DNA of 59,323 bases, counting the filler, from Sluysia triapertura (lineage: Eukaryota), in assembly GCA_046118255.1 (NCBI GenBank). It is 5 parts of 5 records of this genome, joined end to end, with 100 filler letters (N's around TTAATTAATTAA, not from the genome) between each part and the next. Parts side by side here need not be neighbours in the genome. Positions count along the whole stretch, not along the records: positions 23,378 to 35,566 come from JBJNIA010130737.1; positions 35,667 to 47,432 come from JBJNIA010172588.1; 3 more parts are not named here. The stretch is one strand, 5' to 3'. The position numbers and the translations under genes are program-made. The notes beneath the pieces are model-generated. The model saw only the letters and a program-made list of their open reading frames with translations, did not search any database and was not told the DNA's origin. This document shows, piece after piece, positions 26,560 to 39,329 of this stretch (positions within the stretch are counted from its first letter, which is position 1; each line of letters starts with the position of its first letter).

Positions 26560-28540
26560 GTTATTCAAGTATGCGACTTAATCACTGAGTACTTCTTATT
26601 ATACATGAATTTATTGTTACGCATCGATCTTACGATTAATATGAAATTAAATTCTATTGATTTTACTGCTAGACATACAATATTCCTATTAAATTATCGT
26701 ATTTTTTCTCCCGAGCTCGATAGAATCTCATGATATTAATCGATACTTAAGCTTAACATACACAGGCGAAAAGAACCTTTTGTTCAAGATATGTGGTATT
26801 ATTTTGTGTTATATAAAAGATGAATTATCTACGTTACGACTACAACCTTTATTTCAAAGTATACGAAACGAATTGACATTGCAGTTTTTACTATTCGATG
26901 GTTACATCAACACCAATCATAGAATGATTCCCAAGAAAATTTTAGCAATGATCAATCTATATGGAGCAGTTGGAACAAATATTATTATGTCGAAAAAAAA
27001 TCGTACGTTTAACAAATTATGTCCGTGTTCATTCTATGTCAAAAACTCAATAGTTTCTTTCACAATGTGTTTTTAAAGAAGATTGCTGAGAAACAGGTAT
27101 ATCATGATGTCCATCCTGTCATTAGATTTAATTTTATCAATATTTTAGATTTCAAATTCAGAATTGATGTCTGTGGATTGCAATGGAACGTAGAAAACTT
27201 GGCGAATCATAATTGGAGAAATGTTATAAGTTCAATGTTAAGATTTAGAGTTTCAGTCATAATTAATAAAATCGTTTTGTTTCTAACTCATATTACTATT
27301 TTTAATTCCAATAAATATCGTATTAATTCTATAAAGTTTAAGATTGAAGTATACTTCTTATGTGAAAAATATAGATTTAAAAGAAATGATCTACAAGAAC
27401 TGATAATTAAAAATTTTAAGAATAATGAGATTAAACTTAGATTAGTAATCGATGAGATATCAGAAGAGTACTCTCGCTTGTCTTTGGTAACAAATACAAT
27501 TAGCTTAAACATTTTCCGAATTTTTCCTCCTTGCATGTTCATAAACACTAATAAATTCAATGCTATAGGACATACTAGATCATTAAACAATATACCAACT
27601 AAGGAAAAAGATATAATACTTCCGTTCTTTGACTATATAGAATCTTTAACTTAGGATAAAATACTTGGAATTTATAGAATTGAAGGTTATTTTAAATTCT
27701 CCATTATCAAACTAATGAAACTAATAATTTTCATTCAACTAAAAACTGTAAGTATAAATAATGTATTCATAGTTAAAACAATATCTTGTTATAATATTTA
27801 TTCTTTGAACTGGTTCGACAAATATACTACCACAATGATAACCATGAATGGATTGTCTGAACGGCCTATGCAAATTATCATGCGTGTACAATAAAAAGAA
27901 GTAGTAGGTATGATTTTGAGGTTGGATTAGTCATTCTACCTAGAACTTGAACGAAAGCACTCACCAAATTTAATTATTAACTGATAAAGCCTAACTAAAT
28001 TATATTGCACATTGGTGTGCATTACAATTTAATCTACAATTATGTGCAATAAAATTTAGTCAAGCATATGTGTTTGAGAACTATAAAATTTATAATTCAG
28101 AAAAATCTGGACAAGCAACTAATGAATTTGAAAAATCATTTTACAAGTTTAAAAATAATCCATTATCTAGTAAGACAGTAGAAAATCTTTAAAACATTAT
28201 CAGTGTTTATTTATTGCGTACACCAAATAAAGTTAAACTATTCAAATTATTCGAATGATGATCATAAGTTGTATAATTCAAATTTCGAAAATAAAATAGG
28301 TTTATTTAAAGATCAATTAAAATATATTGAATGGATTTTTCTTATAACCTAAATGCTAATCTTTAGTGTTGAAATTTAATAATGTAGAAAAATCAAAATT
28401 AAAAATCAATCTCAAACAAACCAATATTCGTCACAAATATTGCATGAAAAGGTATGGTATATCAACAAGTTAACTGTGTACCAACAAGTTAGCATTGGAA
28501 ATATATGAAGATAAAAAATTTTGGATTACCAAAAATTTAT
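26560..28540 (+). mobile_element. Decayed Maverick/Polinton (adintovirus-like) protein-primed DNA polymerase B
   Basis: Collinear motif relics: IFPPCMF...NIPTKE (GxFPY...LPxKE); GMILRLD (GxILEVD); NYIAHW (NYVxHY); ATNEFEKSFYKFKNNPLSSKTVENL at 28115-28189 (AxNxFEKDFFKLMNNSxFGKTMENV); NKIGLFKDQ (KxxGxFKDE); TNKLALEIYEDKKFWI at about 28480-28527 (NKxALSxxDDKRYI). Many stops, frameshifts and deletions. The 5' boundary is approximate. Confidence 0.82.
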
Positions 28541-30879
28541 GATTATTTTTATGACGTATTTCTTATTGCGATTATTTATTTAATGACATTTTAACATTTT
28601 TATTTTTTGAATAAATGAATGAATATTTAATAATCACTATAAATTCATGTTAAAAATATACGCACGCGTTTTTGTTCACATACTTGAAATCACGCACACA
28701 TACCAACATTACAATCGCATCACATATACATTTGATTCATTTCACGACCCTATTAAGATTCCAAAAAAACAATTTACCGCACTAATTTTTCACAAACAAC
28801 TTAAATTTTAAAAAAGAAAAATTATTTTATAAAAAAGAAACTTATTTTCTAAAAAAGAAAATTTCCTACTAAAAATAGAAAAGAACATTCTGTTGGGTGA
28901 TGACTAGTATATAAATTAGCATCAATTTCATTATATACACAGACTTTGTTTTCACTTTATTTTCACTACTTGCTTTATTTCAACTCCATTTTGGGCATCC
29001 ATTTTTAGTATCCTGCTCCAGCTTTTTACCTCAGTCAGCAGAGAATTACACTTAAGCCAATGTTTTCCTTTCCATGAATGCGGTAAAATATTTTTATAAG
29101 GAATTTTTACCTTCCCAGAGAAGTTATAAATTATAAAATCTTACGTAAAATTATTTTTGTTAATTAGTTGTTTGCCCCAATCTAGTGAGGGGAAATTTCT
29201 GTAATTAAAATTAAATATTCAAAGGAATTTTAATTTTTAAATTATACGAATTTTTATTGCTTAGTCTATAAATTGTTTGTTTTTAATAAAATTTCGTGAT
29301 TTTTAATTGTTACTTTTTAAAGACAAATTTTAATACCCTCTAAAAATTATTAAGTTAAGAATGTATTTTTTAAGTGAATTTAGTAAAAGTATTAGCTTAA
29401 CAAGTTGCAGAGACTCTAACTACACATTGTAAGACGTTTACTGTTCAATTTTATCCACAGCAATTGGATTAGAATAAATTTTTCGAGTTTTGTTAACTAG
29501 CTCTAGAATCTAGCACATTACAATCTCATTGACTTAAACTGTACAAATTTGTTGAATACTCCTTGGATTAGTGTTCAAATTAGTATTTCTGGAATCCAAC
29601 AGAACAAAACCAGGAATTGTAAGGATTTCAGTGCAAAAAATGAGGGTTTGTCTCTTTTACTTTGTGTTGCTGTAAAGGTTCAACTGTGGTATAGCAACCT
29701 GATGCTCTTCCAGGTTAAAAAATTAACGAAAGTAGTTTTACATTGGTTTCAAGTGATTTGTTTATATCCCATCATCTAAAAAACCATATTTCAACATGAA
29801 CTGAACCGTTTCACTGACAATTTACACCCAAGTTTTGTCATAAAAGCAATGTATGGATAATTTTGGCAGTTATATGTAAAAATAATGTATATTTATTGTG
29901 CATAACGAATATTACAAAAATTCATTTTGGTTTTCAGAGTGGGTAAGTATTATGCATTTTTGTTCAGTAAATGTATAAATCATCTTCCAACATGTATTAT
30001 CACAACACATGGTTAATTCATTCAGGTAAATTTGATTAAATATTTTCAATTAAAAATAAAATTTAAAAATGAAACTCAAACCTATCAAAAATAAACTCTT
30101 TGTTTTAACATTTTAAGTACCTTTAAGAAAAAAATTAAATTATTTCAATACAATTATTCACTAATAATTTTAGCGGTGTATAATTCTACAATCTTAGATT
30201 GACTTATACTTCGAGGGTATAGAAAAAATTTCGAATAAAGTTTTCATAGAATAAAATCAACCTACAATATTAAAACAAATAATTAAACATAATTGTAAAA
30301 TTCATTACACTACGAGTCCTACAAAATATTGTATTCCAACTAAACCGTATCTACCTTCAACTTTAGTTACGACATATATATTTGAATTTAAATATTTTAT
30401 TATCTCTAGATTAAATAAAAGTGATATTTTATTATGTTTAATTGAGAGTAACATAAATAAAATATCTTGAAAAATTAAGCTGTATTTATGTAATAACATT
30501 GTTTCTAGACATTTTTAATAGTGAGTGTTTAACATATGAGCAAAATCTAGTATATTATTTTAGATAAAGATTGAATTGTGATTTTACTAAATTTTTATTT
30601 TTTTTATTTTTGGCATTTAATTTTTCATCTGATTTATATGAGATTATTACCGAATTGAAAATTTATGTTGACATATATGGATATTTATTGTAAAATTAAT
30701 TTGGTTTATCCATTTTATTATTTCACAACAAAAAACAAATCACATTAAGATTTTAGACATTTTCGAAATTTTAAGGTTGTGTACAAAATAACAGCCCCAT
30801 ATAAATACATTCAATCAGAATTACATATTTTCGAGTTTTAATATTTGTGCCTTAAGACACTTTAATGAAAATTTAAAAA

Positions 30880-31700
30880 TTTTTTATGCTATAATTTGCA
30901 AAAATAATTAAAATGCATGTCTACCATTCTAGTGATTATCCGAAGTGGATTGACAAGAGACTAAACCTTATGGCTGTGAAAAATCTACTGATATTCCTTC
31001 TAACACTATTTCAACAAGAGAGTTATTTGAATATTTTGTTACGATATGTTTGGAAGCCAGCGAATAGAAAATGCTGAATAAACAATTATTAATTAGTAAA
31101 AAAAGTGTACAACTAAAATATGCCTAACCAAAATGATTCGAAAAGTTTGTGAATACGTGACAAGGAACCGAGTAAATAATTAATAAATAAATTGAATTAA
31201 TAAATAGCATTAGGAATGCATTTTAACGTAAAATAGATATTGAAAATAAAGGAGCCAGAATTTCAAAAAAGTTGGCATATACTGAAGAAAATAACAATAT
31301 ACATTCTGCACCTGCAATTTGCAGGTGGAAACTTATGATTTCATGGAAAAAGAAAATTTTGAATTTATCTTGAACAGCCGAAAAAGATTGTCACCATTCA
31401 AATCATAAAATGAATCATCATCTATGTCACAATATTTTAAAAGATGCAAAATGAATACTTTTCAAAATATTTTGAAAATGATGAAATAATTGATAACGTC
31501 AGAACGATTACCAGCCAAATTTTAGTAAAAATGCTCCAAGGTTTTACTATCTTTATTACAAATTTAGATCATACTCAATCTAAAGTCAATGTACCCTACT
31601 TTGTGAAAATAATGTGAAAACAAATATCAATGTTCTCTGTGATGTCGAATCTTCACCTAGCATTATGTAATTCCTAATCCAAAGACTGCAGTGTCATATA
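30880..31700 (-). pseudogene. Possible decayed ionotropic glutamate receptor / IR-like gene
   Basis: Ordered fragments in shifting frames: YDTAVFGLGIT (S1-like), KPWSIFTKIWLVIVLTLSIISSF (M1-like), CILLFSSVYANFF (M3-like), AFSIRWLPNIS*QNIQITLVEIVLEG...LVSC (S2-like). Confidence 0.35.
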
Positions 31701-32357
31701 TCGAATGCACATATAAGTAGAAAATTTAAAACGTTAACAAACACATTTAATATGCAATATAACTCTATGTTCACTTATGAATTAATTATTTAATGATAAA
31801 CATTGCTATAAATTCTAAAAGTAATTTTAAGTGCCCTAAGCACTATTGCGAATTAATTTTATGTAATAAAGTTAATGAATCTAATTTTTACTTAAATGCT
31901 CACGTTTTCAAAAATAAGCGCCTCTCAAATTAGTAATTGATTTTTTATTTGTAATTTAATCAACGGACATAATAACTACGATGAAGCACTTAAAGAATAC
32001 ATTCAGAGCAACTTACTTACACTTGCCTACCAACATAATTACCGATTAATTTGAAATCGCTCTGAAACAGTTTAATTAGTTGTTGAGAAGGTGCAACATA
32101 AGTATTAACATTAACATAACGTATATCAACATAAATTCGGATCACCGAACACCTCAATTAATGCGGCTCTTAACCACATGTAAAGGATGTATCGTAATAA
32201 CAAATATTTCTTGTATCATTAATTATAAGTGAAATCATATTTTTGAAACGAAATGTCCTTGTTTTCATTAAAATGAGATTAGTAATATAATGAAACATTT
32301 TTTACTCAAAGATTCCGCATTTTCTGAAACGTTCTTTTTATAATAGTGACATAAAAC

Positions 32358-32392
32358 CATTAGATGCATCAAAAAATTTGTATTCATCAGAA
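32358..32392 (-). CDS. OSBP: Oxysterol-binding protein family, candidate exon 3 with FFAT-like motif
   Basis: TAATAAG|T acceptor in phase 2 gives DSDEYKFFDASN (FFAT consensus EFFDAxE). The 3' boundary is uncertain because the frame stops a few codons later unless G|GTTTTA is used as the donor. Confidence 0.55.
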
Positions 32393-32546
32393 CTTATTAA
32401 AGAAAATTTAATCTAATCACAATAAAATCATCAAATTATTGAAATTCAAAAACAATGCTTACAAAGAAAAATTTAAAATTGAATTTAAAATTTTCTTGAA
32501 ATAAACTATAAAACAATAGCTGTATAACAATATCCACCATGATTAT

Positions 32547-32600
32547 AATAATTACAATAATTACAATAATTACAATAATTACAATAATTACAATAATTAC
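32547..32600. repeat. 9-bp tandem repeat (ATTACAATA)n
   Basis: Five to six tandem units in an OSBP intron. Confidence 0.92.
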
Positions 32601-32802
32601 TTATTTATAATTTAACTGGGTTTATAATTTGTCTTTGGTCAAAAGGTCTTGGTTTCGAATATCCAAAAAAGATATAAAGCTTGAATGTGATATATTGTGT
32701 TTTATATTGTTAAATATTTGCATACAGCATGTATTAAGTCATATAAAAGCCCAACATTGTAAAAATAATAATAATAATAATAATATAGTAATTAAATCTT
32801 AC

Positions 32803-33825
32803 TCTTTTCCTTTATCTTTAATACGATACAAATTTTTATTAATGGCATTATTCACCGGACCTTTCGATTCATTAGATAAACGATTGGCTGCAGATATTTT
32901 TCGTTTCGCATTATTAGTTTTTTCGTGTTGATTGTCACCTAAAGATGCTTGTTGTTGCAAGAAGCTGGTACTCATAACATCGTCAAGATCTGAACCGATT
33001 GGTGGAATATATTCTACGTCCGATTCGTATTCCAAAGAAAAATCACTTATACTTCTTTCATGAGTATTAGTTTGTATAGAATTAGAACCATAAACACTAG
33101 TACCTGGAATATTGGAATTAAACACATCTTCTTGCATATCATAGACATCATAATAGTCTTCGGACGTTTCTGAACACATATCAATCGATTTCCTATTGAT
33201 CAATGTGTTTGGTTTCTGTTTCTGAACAGTTTTTTCTAAATTTCGTAATTGTTTTCCTAATTGTTCGATCATCAATTCAAGTCTTCGTTTTTGTTCAGAA
33301 TCTTTATTTAAAGATTTAAGAATTTTATCTGATTCTTTTGTGAAAAGGTTTATATAATCTAACTGAGCGCAAATAGATTTGGCAAGAGTAACTCTGCAGA
33401 TAGTTGCTCGTTCTTTAACAGTTTTAATTTTTAAAAGTCCTTCAGAATACAATGACAAATTCTTATCTTTTTCTAAATCCGAAATTGAACGCAGCAATTC
33501 ATCAAATTTATTTGTCAACATTTCACTTGTTAATTTCATTTCATCTAATTGATATTTTAATAATGTTAGTGAACGATCGAAATATTCAGCAGAATCTAAT
33601 GTTGCATCATTTAACATATTGTCTTTTCTTAAGTAACGAGCTTTGTTTTGGAATGCAGCGATTTCTCTCGTCCATCGATTCAATTCATTTTCGTTTGGCG
33701 CACGTAAATGTAAGTTTGGAATATTACCATGACTAATTGTAAAACAATTATTTTCTAAAACTGTTATTTTTGCATTAATTATATTAATTGTTCCACGACA
33801 AATTCTAGTAATTTCTGCTGTATTT
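32803..33825 (-). CDS. OSBP: Oxysterol-binding protein family, exon 2 (rest of PH domain, coiled coil, acidic linker)
   Basis: Phase-2 join gives RNTAEITRICRGTINIINAKI...LHLRAPNENELNRW, then a coiled coil including EQKRRLELMIEQLGKQLRNLE. Ends GA|GTAAG. Confidence 0.88.
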
Positions 33826-33863
33826 CTAAATTTTAATGAGTTACACTTAAGAATAATAAAAAC

Positions 33864-33970
33864 CTATAATAAGAAAGTAAACCATCCTGAAGTACAAAAT
33901 AGCGTCTTTGATAACCTTTTAAATAATTTGTCCATTTGTGTAAGTAACCCTCTATAGTTTTATTTTCCAT
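33864..33970 (-). CDS. OSBP: Oxysterol-binding protein family, exon 1 (PH domain start)
   Basis: [37 protein letters not shown]|GT is a typical OSBP PH N-terminus. Followed by a 38-bp GT-AG intron at 33826-33863. Confidence 0.9.
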
Positions 33971-35340
33971 AAACGAAATTAAGATAAAAATATTAATATT
34001 TAAAACCAGAACCAAAATTTAATTTAAATGTAAATTAAAAGTACCATCTCATTTTATCTTTTGGGAATAACACTCAGCAAAATTAACATGTAGATTTTTT
34101 AAACTAAATAATAATTTGATAATAGTGCTGTAAATGATAAAAATAAATTCGTGACTAAAATTCCTAATATTATTTATAAAAAATTGTTAGACAAAAATTC
34201 AAATAAAGAAAAAAATATCAACACAATGTAATTTTACTATTTATTTTAATATCAAGGTTATTTCACTATTTTTAAATTTTCATAACTAATGAATAAATAT
34301 TTTTGTGCGTTAAAAATTTACAAATTACAAGTTTAACCGATTTTACTAACTCATTGTGAATCTTATTTTATGAATTTTAATTATAAGAGTTTCCATTAAA
34401 ATAATTTACTTTTTCCGTGTATTTTACATAAAAATAATAAGGTTATGTGAAATAATGAATCGTACTATGTTATCAAAAATGTATTTTTACTAAAGATGAA
34501 ACTTAAACTATTAGAAATAACAAAATACATTACTTTATTATTATTACAGGTAAAATTTTATATTTTACATCTGAAATGTACTTATATTTTAAAATAAAAG
34601 TAGAAAGTAATATATTAAGTAAAAATGACAATAACGCTAATTTAAAGTATGATATTAAATTTGGAAACCATTTGTAAAGTTAAACAATCAAAATGCATTA
34701 TATTCATAAAGCTGAAAGTATTCGAGTACTTTTGGATAAGTCCTAAATTATAAAAAATTCATTTTATAAAATTAATGATTTATAACTGATAATAATTATT
34801 TGTTTTTATTTTATTTTATTTGATAATTAATATAAGGATAATTCCATTCTCCAGAATCGGTAATAATAATAAACAAAATAATAATAATAATTATTATTAT
34901 ATTAAAAAAAATTAATTTAATGAACCTGAGATTCAACATATGGAATTGTATTTTTTTATCTAAAATAATTAATTATCATGAGAAATATTAACCAGTTATC
35001 AATTGCACCTTTGAAGAATAGAATGATATGATAAGATAAAAAGAATTTTATTTGCTTTAATAGTTTATCTTTTTGCTCATGAATTCTCTATGATACTGGA
35101 CTTACTCACCGAAGGGCCAGTACATGGATTTGAAGCGTCAAGAAAAGAGATTACAACTGGAGGTAAATATTTGTGATTGGTTTTATGTAACTTCTTATTT
35201 AGGTACAACAATTATTATTATTTTAATGATGAGAAATAACTTTTCAAATACCTTTATTAACCACAAGACAAATATTGATAGTACACTTAATCAAACGATA
35301 TTAGAAAATTACAAAGTAAATGATAATAATCAATTGTATA

Positions 35341-35370
35341 CCGTATTTTCCGGACTCTAAGCCACACCAT
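35341..35370 (+). mobile_element. Solo Tc2/pogo-type TIR-like end
   Basis: TA|CCGTATTTTCCGGACTCTAAG resembles the CCGTA-type termini of Tc2/pogo elements. No clear partner end was seen. Confidence 0.4.
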
Positions 35371-35490
35371 TAAAATACAAAAGCTAAGATGCTGGTCCCT
35401 GCATTAAATAAATCTACTTAGAAATACTCTACTGGTGACTCTGCGCAATATAATATTTCCCAAATTAAATTAAGTAGTAATGATATATTA

Positions 35491-35566
35491 CAGGGGTCTT
35501 CAACCTTTTATACTTCTAGGAACCCTTCGAGCCCATGGGTTTCGTGAAGGAACCTCATGTTTCTCC
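35491..35566 (+). mobile_element. Left end of a hAT-type element, cut by the contig end
   Basis: Begins CAGGGGTCTTCAACCTTTT, like hAT-Charlie termini, and is locally GC-rich up to the spacer. Confidence 0.55.
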
Positions 35567-35666
35567 NNNNNNNNNNNNNNNNNNNNNNNNNNNNNNNNNN
35601 NNNNNNNNNNTTAATTAATTAANNNNNNNNNNNNNNNNNNNNNNNNNNNNNNNNNNNNNNNNNNNN
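35567..35666. other. Artificial contig-joining spacer
   Basis: 44 N + TTAATTAATTAA + 44 N. Confidence 0.98.
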
Positions 35667-38600
35667 AAACAATTACTGACAATAATGATTACATAATTCT
35701 ACGTGCAGATTTTGTACAAAATCCCGAAGAACACGTTAAAACTAATGGTTATGCTAATTTTCTAGAAACTCGTAAGATATCTAATTTTAAATTGTTAAAA
35801 AACTTTGTTAATCATGATTTTAGTCGTTCATATAACTATTTTTTAGATATAATGACAACGATTTGGATAACGCGACACGCAACGGCCAAATGCAGAAATT
35901 ACAAAGAGGCTTCAAGTATAAATAAAATTTTGTTCTGTATAATAGATTTTGATTGCTCTTATTTAGTTGATGTTATTTTAGTTAAAATTTTTCTAATAAA
36001 TAACACTAATTTGAAAGTAAAAATTGGATATATAAATAATTATTGTGTAAAGTTCCTTAAGTTAAGGAACCAAACGCATGTTCATAGTTATACTATTAAC
36101 AATAATGTTCATAATCGAAATTCGGACACAACACTAGTCCTGATTTTTAATATAACATGTAATCGAAAGAATATCGAACAAATTTTAAAATCATTAAATC
36201 TCGTTTTATTACGACATGAAATAAGCTCTTCATATGCATACTTCAATTCTAAACTAATAGTATATACTTACTATTATACTAATATAAAAATAACACCCTC
36301 AACTATAAGTCCATCCCATTTTTATGAACGTTTAATATCAACCACCCAAATCTTAAAATAAAATTTTAAACAGAACTAAAATATTGTAAAATAGATCTCA
36401 GTAACATAAAAGAAACATTTTCAAAATGTTCTGAAATCAAGAAGTAAACAAAAATAACAAAATATGGATCAGTATCACTTAAATAGCAAGTAGAATATCT
36501 TGAAAATTACATAATAGCACCGAGAAATAATGAAAATAAAATTGATTTCACTAAAATAGAAATGAAAATCAAATATAAATTAATAAAAACTGCTTATTAT
36601 ATGGTCGTTCTATTCCAATTGTTATTGTTACATATATTACATGTCGGCATTTTCGAGTAGTACTTGGATTAATTTTATTATTAAAATTCGTAGAGTGATA
36701 AGAATTAGAAGAGTGGCCCACTTTCAGAACAAATAAGTTTAAATTTTATAACAAGATTATGATAACAATAATAATAATAATAATGCAAGAGTTTGCGCTA
36801 AAAGTTTAAACTTATATTTGCAAAATGAATCCTGAAGAGTTCACTTAACAGAGACGTCTTATATGTGGTCGAAGACGGTCTATTAGGGTTTAATTTTAAA
36901 GAATTTAAAAATGTATTTTAAATATAGTTTAATTGTTTAAATGTATCTTCTTTATGCTTTATAAGAATCAATTCGATATAAAATTCAATAAATTAAACTA
37001 GCCGAATTATGGTCTAGCGCACAAGTAAAAATAATTTAATAAAGTTAGAATTGGAGCTAGCCTTCTTAAGGTCTAGCAAATAACTAGTATTTTAGATTTA
37101 CAAAAGAAATACAGGCACTTAAAAACAAATACTGACAAATGTAATAAATAACAATAATATCAATAAGTATTTTAATCACTTTAGGAAGCAACTTCCTTAG
37201 CAATATTTTAGATTTTGAAAAGGTCTACTGTTCAAATTAATTATTTAAGTCTATTTTAATTCTTCCATTAAGTTAAGAATTAAAACCTTAAACAATAAAC
37301 ACATTACTTTTTCATGGGCTTGAAAACCATAAATTGACAATTAGAATTTTTCTTCTGGTTACTACAGTAAAAATTTAGCCCTTTATATAGCTAAATTTTT
37401 ACTGAGACAGCCATATTGAAAATCAATATTAGTATTTATTTAGTTGATTTATAAAAACAAATATTTTAAATTATAAGAAATGAAATTAAAAATTTTACTA
37501 TTATCACAATATTTTTAAAAAATAGAACTAATTTAAAATTTTAAAATGAAATTATTTTATAAATTTTATTTTAATAATGAAACTATTTTAAAGATTTTAA
37601 TTCTTTTATAATAATATATAATATTTATAATATATTCAAATATAATAATCAGGGACAAAAATTTATAAAATGTAGAATAAAGCGTAAACATTCTTACAAT
37701 AATAGTGAAAATAATAATGTGAGAAGTATTTGTATCTTTAGGTTGTTTTCATTTACTTTCTGCTGTCTGATATGACTTAAACTCCTTATTCTTAATAGTA
37801 TATATCTAACAAATGTTATATTAGTATGAGGGTTACAGTTAGCTTGTTTATGATGGAAGAGACGGAAGTGCAATCTTATCTAACAAGTTTAAAATTCAAA
37901 TTATATCCTTTAATTCAAAATAAAATAAACTACGTTAACGGAAAATTTATTTATTTAAATGGCAAAAAATTGTTCAGCAATGCGACTATAATACAGTTTA
38001 AGGAATAAAAGAATGTTTTAGATGATAAAATACGATAAAATACTAAAAATCTGATGCAGATACAATTAAACAGTGTCACATTGACATAGAAACTGAATCA
38101 CCTATTAATAATGATACCAATATTACAAATGTCACATCTACTGATTCCATGACAACAGATTCTTTATCAGTTGTTGTATCAATAAAGAATCATACCATTA
38201 AAAATCATTAAATAGTCAAATTCTTTCACAAGAAACTGATTATATAGAAGAAAAATTGGCTCTTGCGTATCATTTATATCAACAACTTAATCTTGGTGTC
38301 GATGGAGTGTTTCATAAGTGGTTGGTTGATTTAAATTTTATGCTTATAGTAACAATAAATTTTGTTTTTAAAATGTCGATTTCGAAATGTTTACGGACTT
38401 ACAGAGTCTGGGTCAGCTGAAGCCATCGATTTAAAATATATTACATTAAAGAGTGTTAGACAGGTTACACCCGTTAATTATTTTGGAGAACTGCTCTGAT
38501 TATGACTTGGTAGATGTATTAATGATCTACCTATCTAATAGTAGGTGTTCTACTGATTTAATTTTCGAATTAACTAATTTAAATCACCAAGAGATGTTGA

Positions 38601-38999
38601 TTATGTTTAGTCGTCATAAATATTTTAAATTTGTGCATCCTCGAAAGCATTTCGCTGCTATTTCTTCCATATTGGTTGTAAATTTTCAAAACTACGAATC
38701 AACGAAAAGGATTCTGTTCATCATACGTACGTAAATTTTTGATACGTTTTATGTTTTATAATTATTATACATTTTTGACTTGTTGTGGAATAGATAAAGG
38801 AAGTTTTTATTTTGTCTTTTGTCTTTCAGTTAACGAATTAATCCTAGGTCTTAAGCCTATTTTTCAATTTCAAAACAATTAGAACGAACCATACGTCCTT
38901 TTTTGTAAATCATGTTTACTTAATTGTCATAAACACTTCTTAAATACAAATAATTCATTGCAAATTTCTCAATTCAATAACACTCAACCATTTCACTTG

Positions 39000-39329
39000 T
39001 GACCCAAGCTCATTCGTGACATGCTTTTAAGGATCAGGAAATTATTGGATAACAAAGGAGGTCAAACAACTTGTACATATTTGATTTGTAGTAAATTGTG
39101 TTATCATTCTACATGAATAAAATTTCTGTATGTTTAGGATCTCAGTATTTTTATCTATTATTTTACTTTTACCAGAATTTTTTGGAGAAAGTAGTTATTT
39201 TCCAACACTTTACATTTTCTGTTACAATTTTTTTATACACTTTCGATTAATAGTTTCATAGTATCTTCTTGAAAAATGTTGAATTTTATCACAAAAATGG
39301 TCTTTAGTCTAATAATTTGGCCACCACTG
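39000..39329 (+). mobile_element. Tc1-family 3' end with right TIR
   Basis: KLIRDMLLRIRKLLDNKGGQT (Tc1 C-terminus, SMPxR...KGGxTxY) followed by TAGTCTAATAATTTGGCCACCACTG|TA. Confidence 0.88.

Noticed and set aside
32629-33736. Plus-strand ORFs 32629-32931 and 33452-33736
   Set aside because: Antisense shadows of the OSBP exon.
35792-36361. 189-aa ORF as a gene
   Set aside because: Non-ATG start, low-complexity I/N/K-rich composition and no recognisable motif, so it cannot be supported.
36828-36890. Hammerhead-ribozyme-like CTGAAGAG...GTCGAAG segment
   Set aside because: The required GAAA core and paired stems could not be assembled. At best it is a decayed relic.
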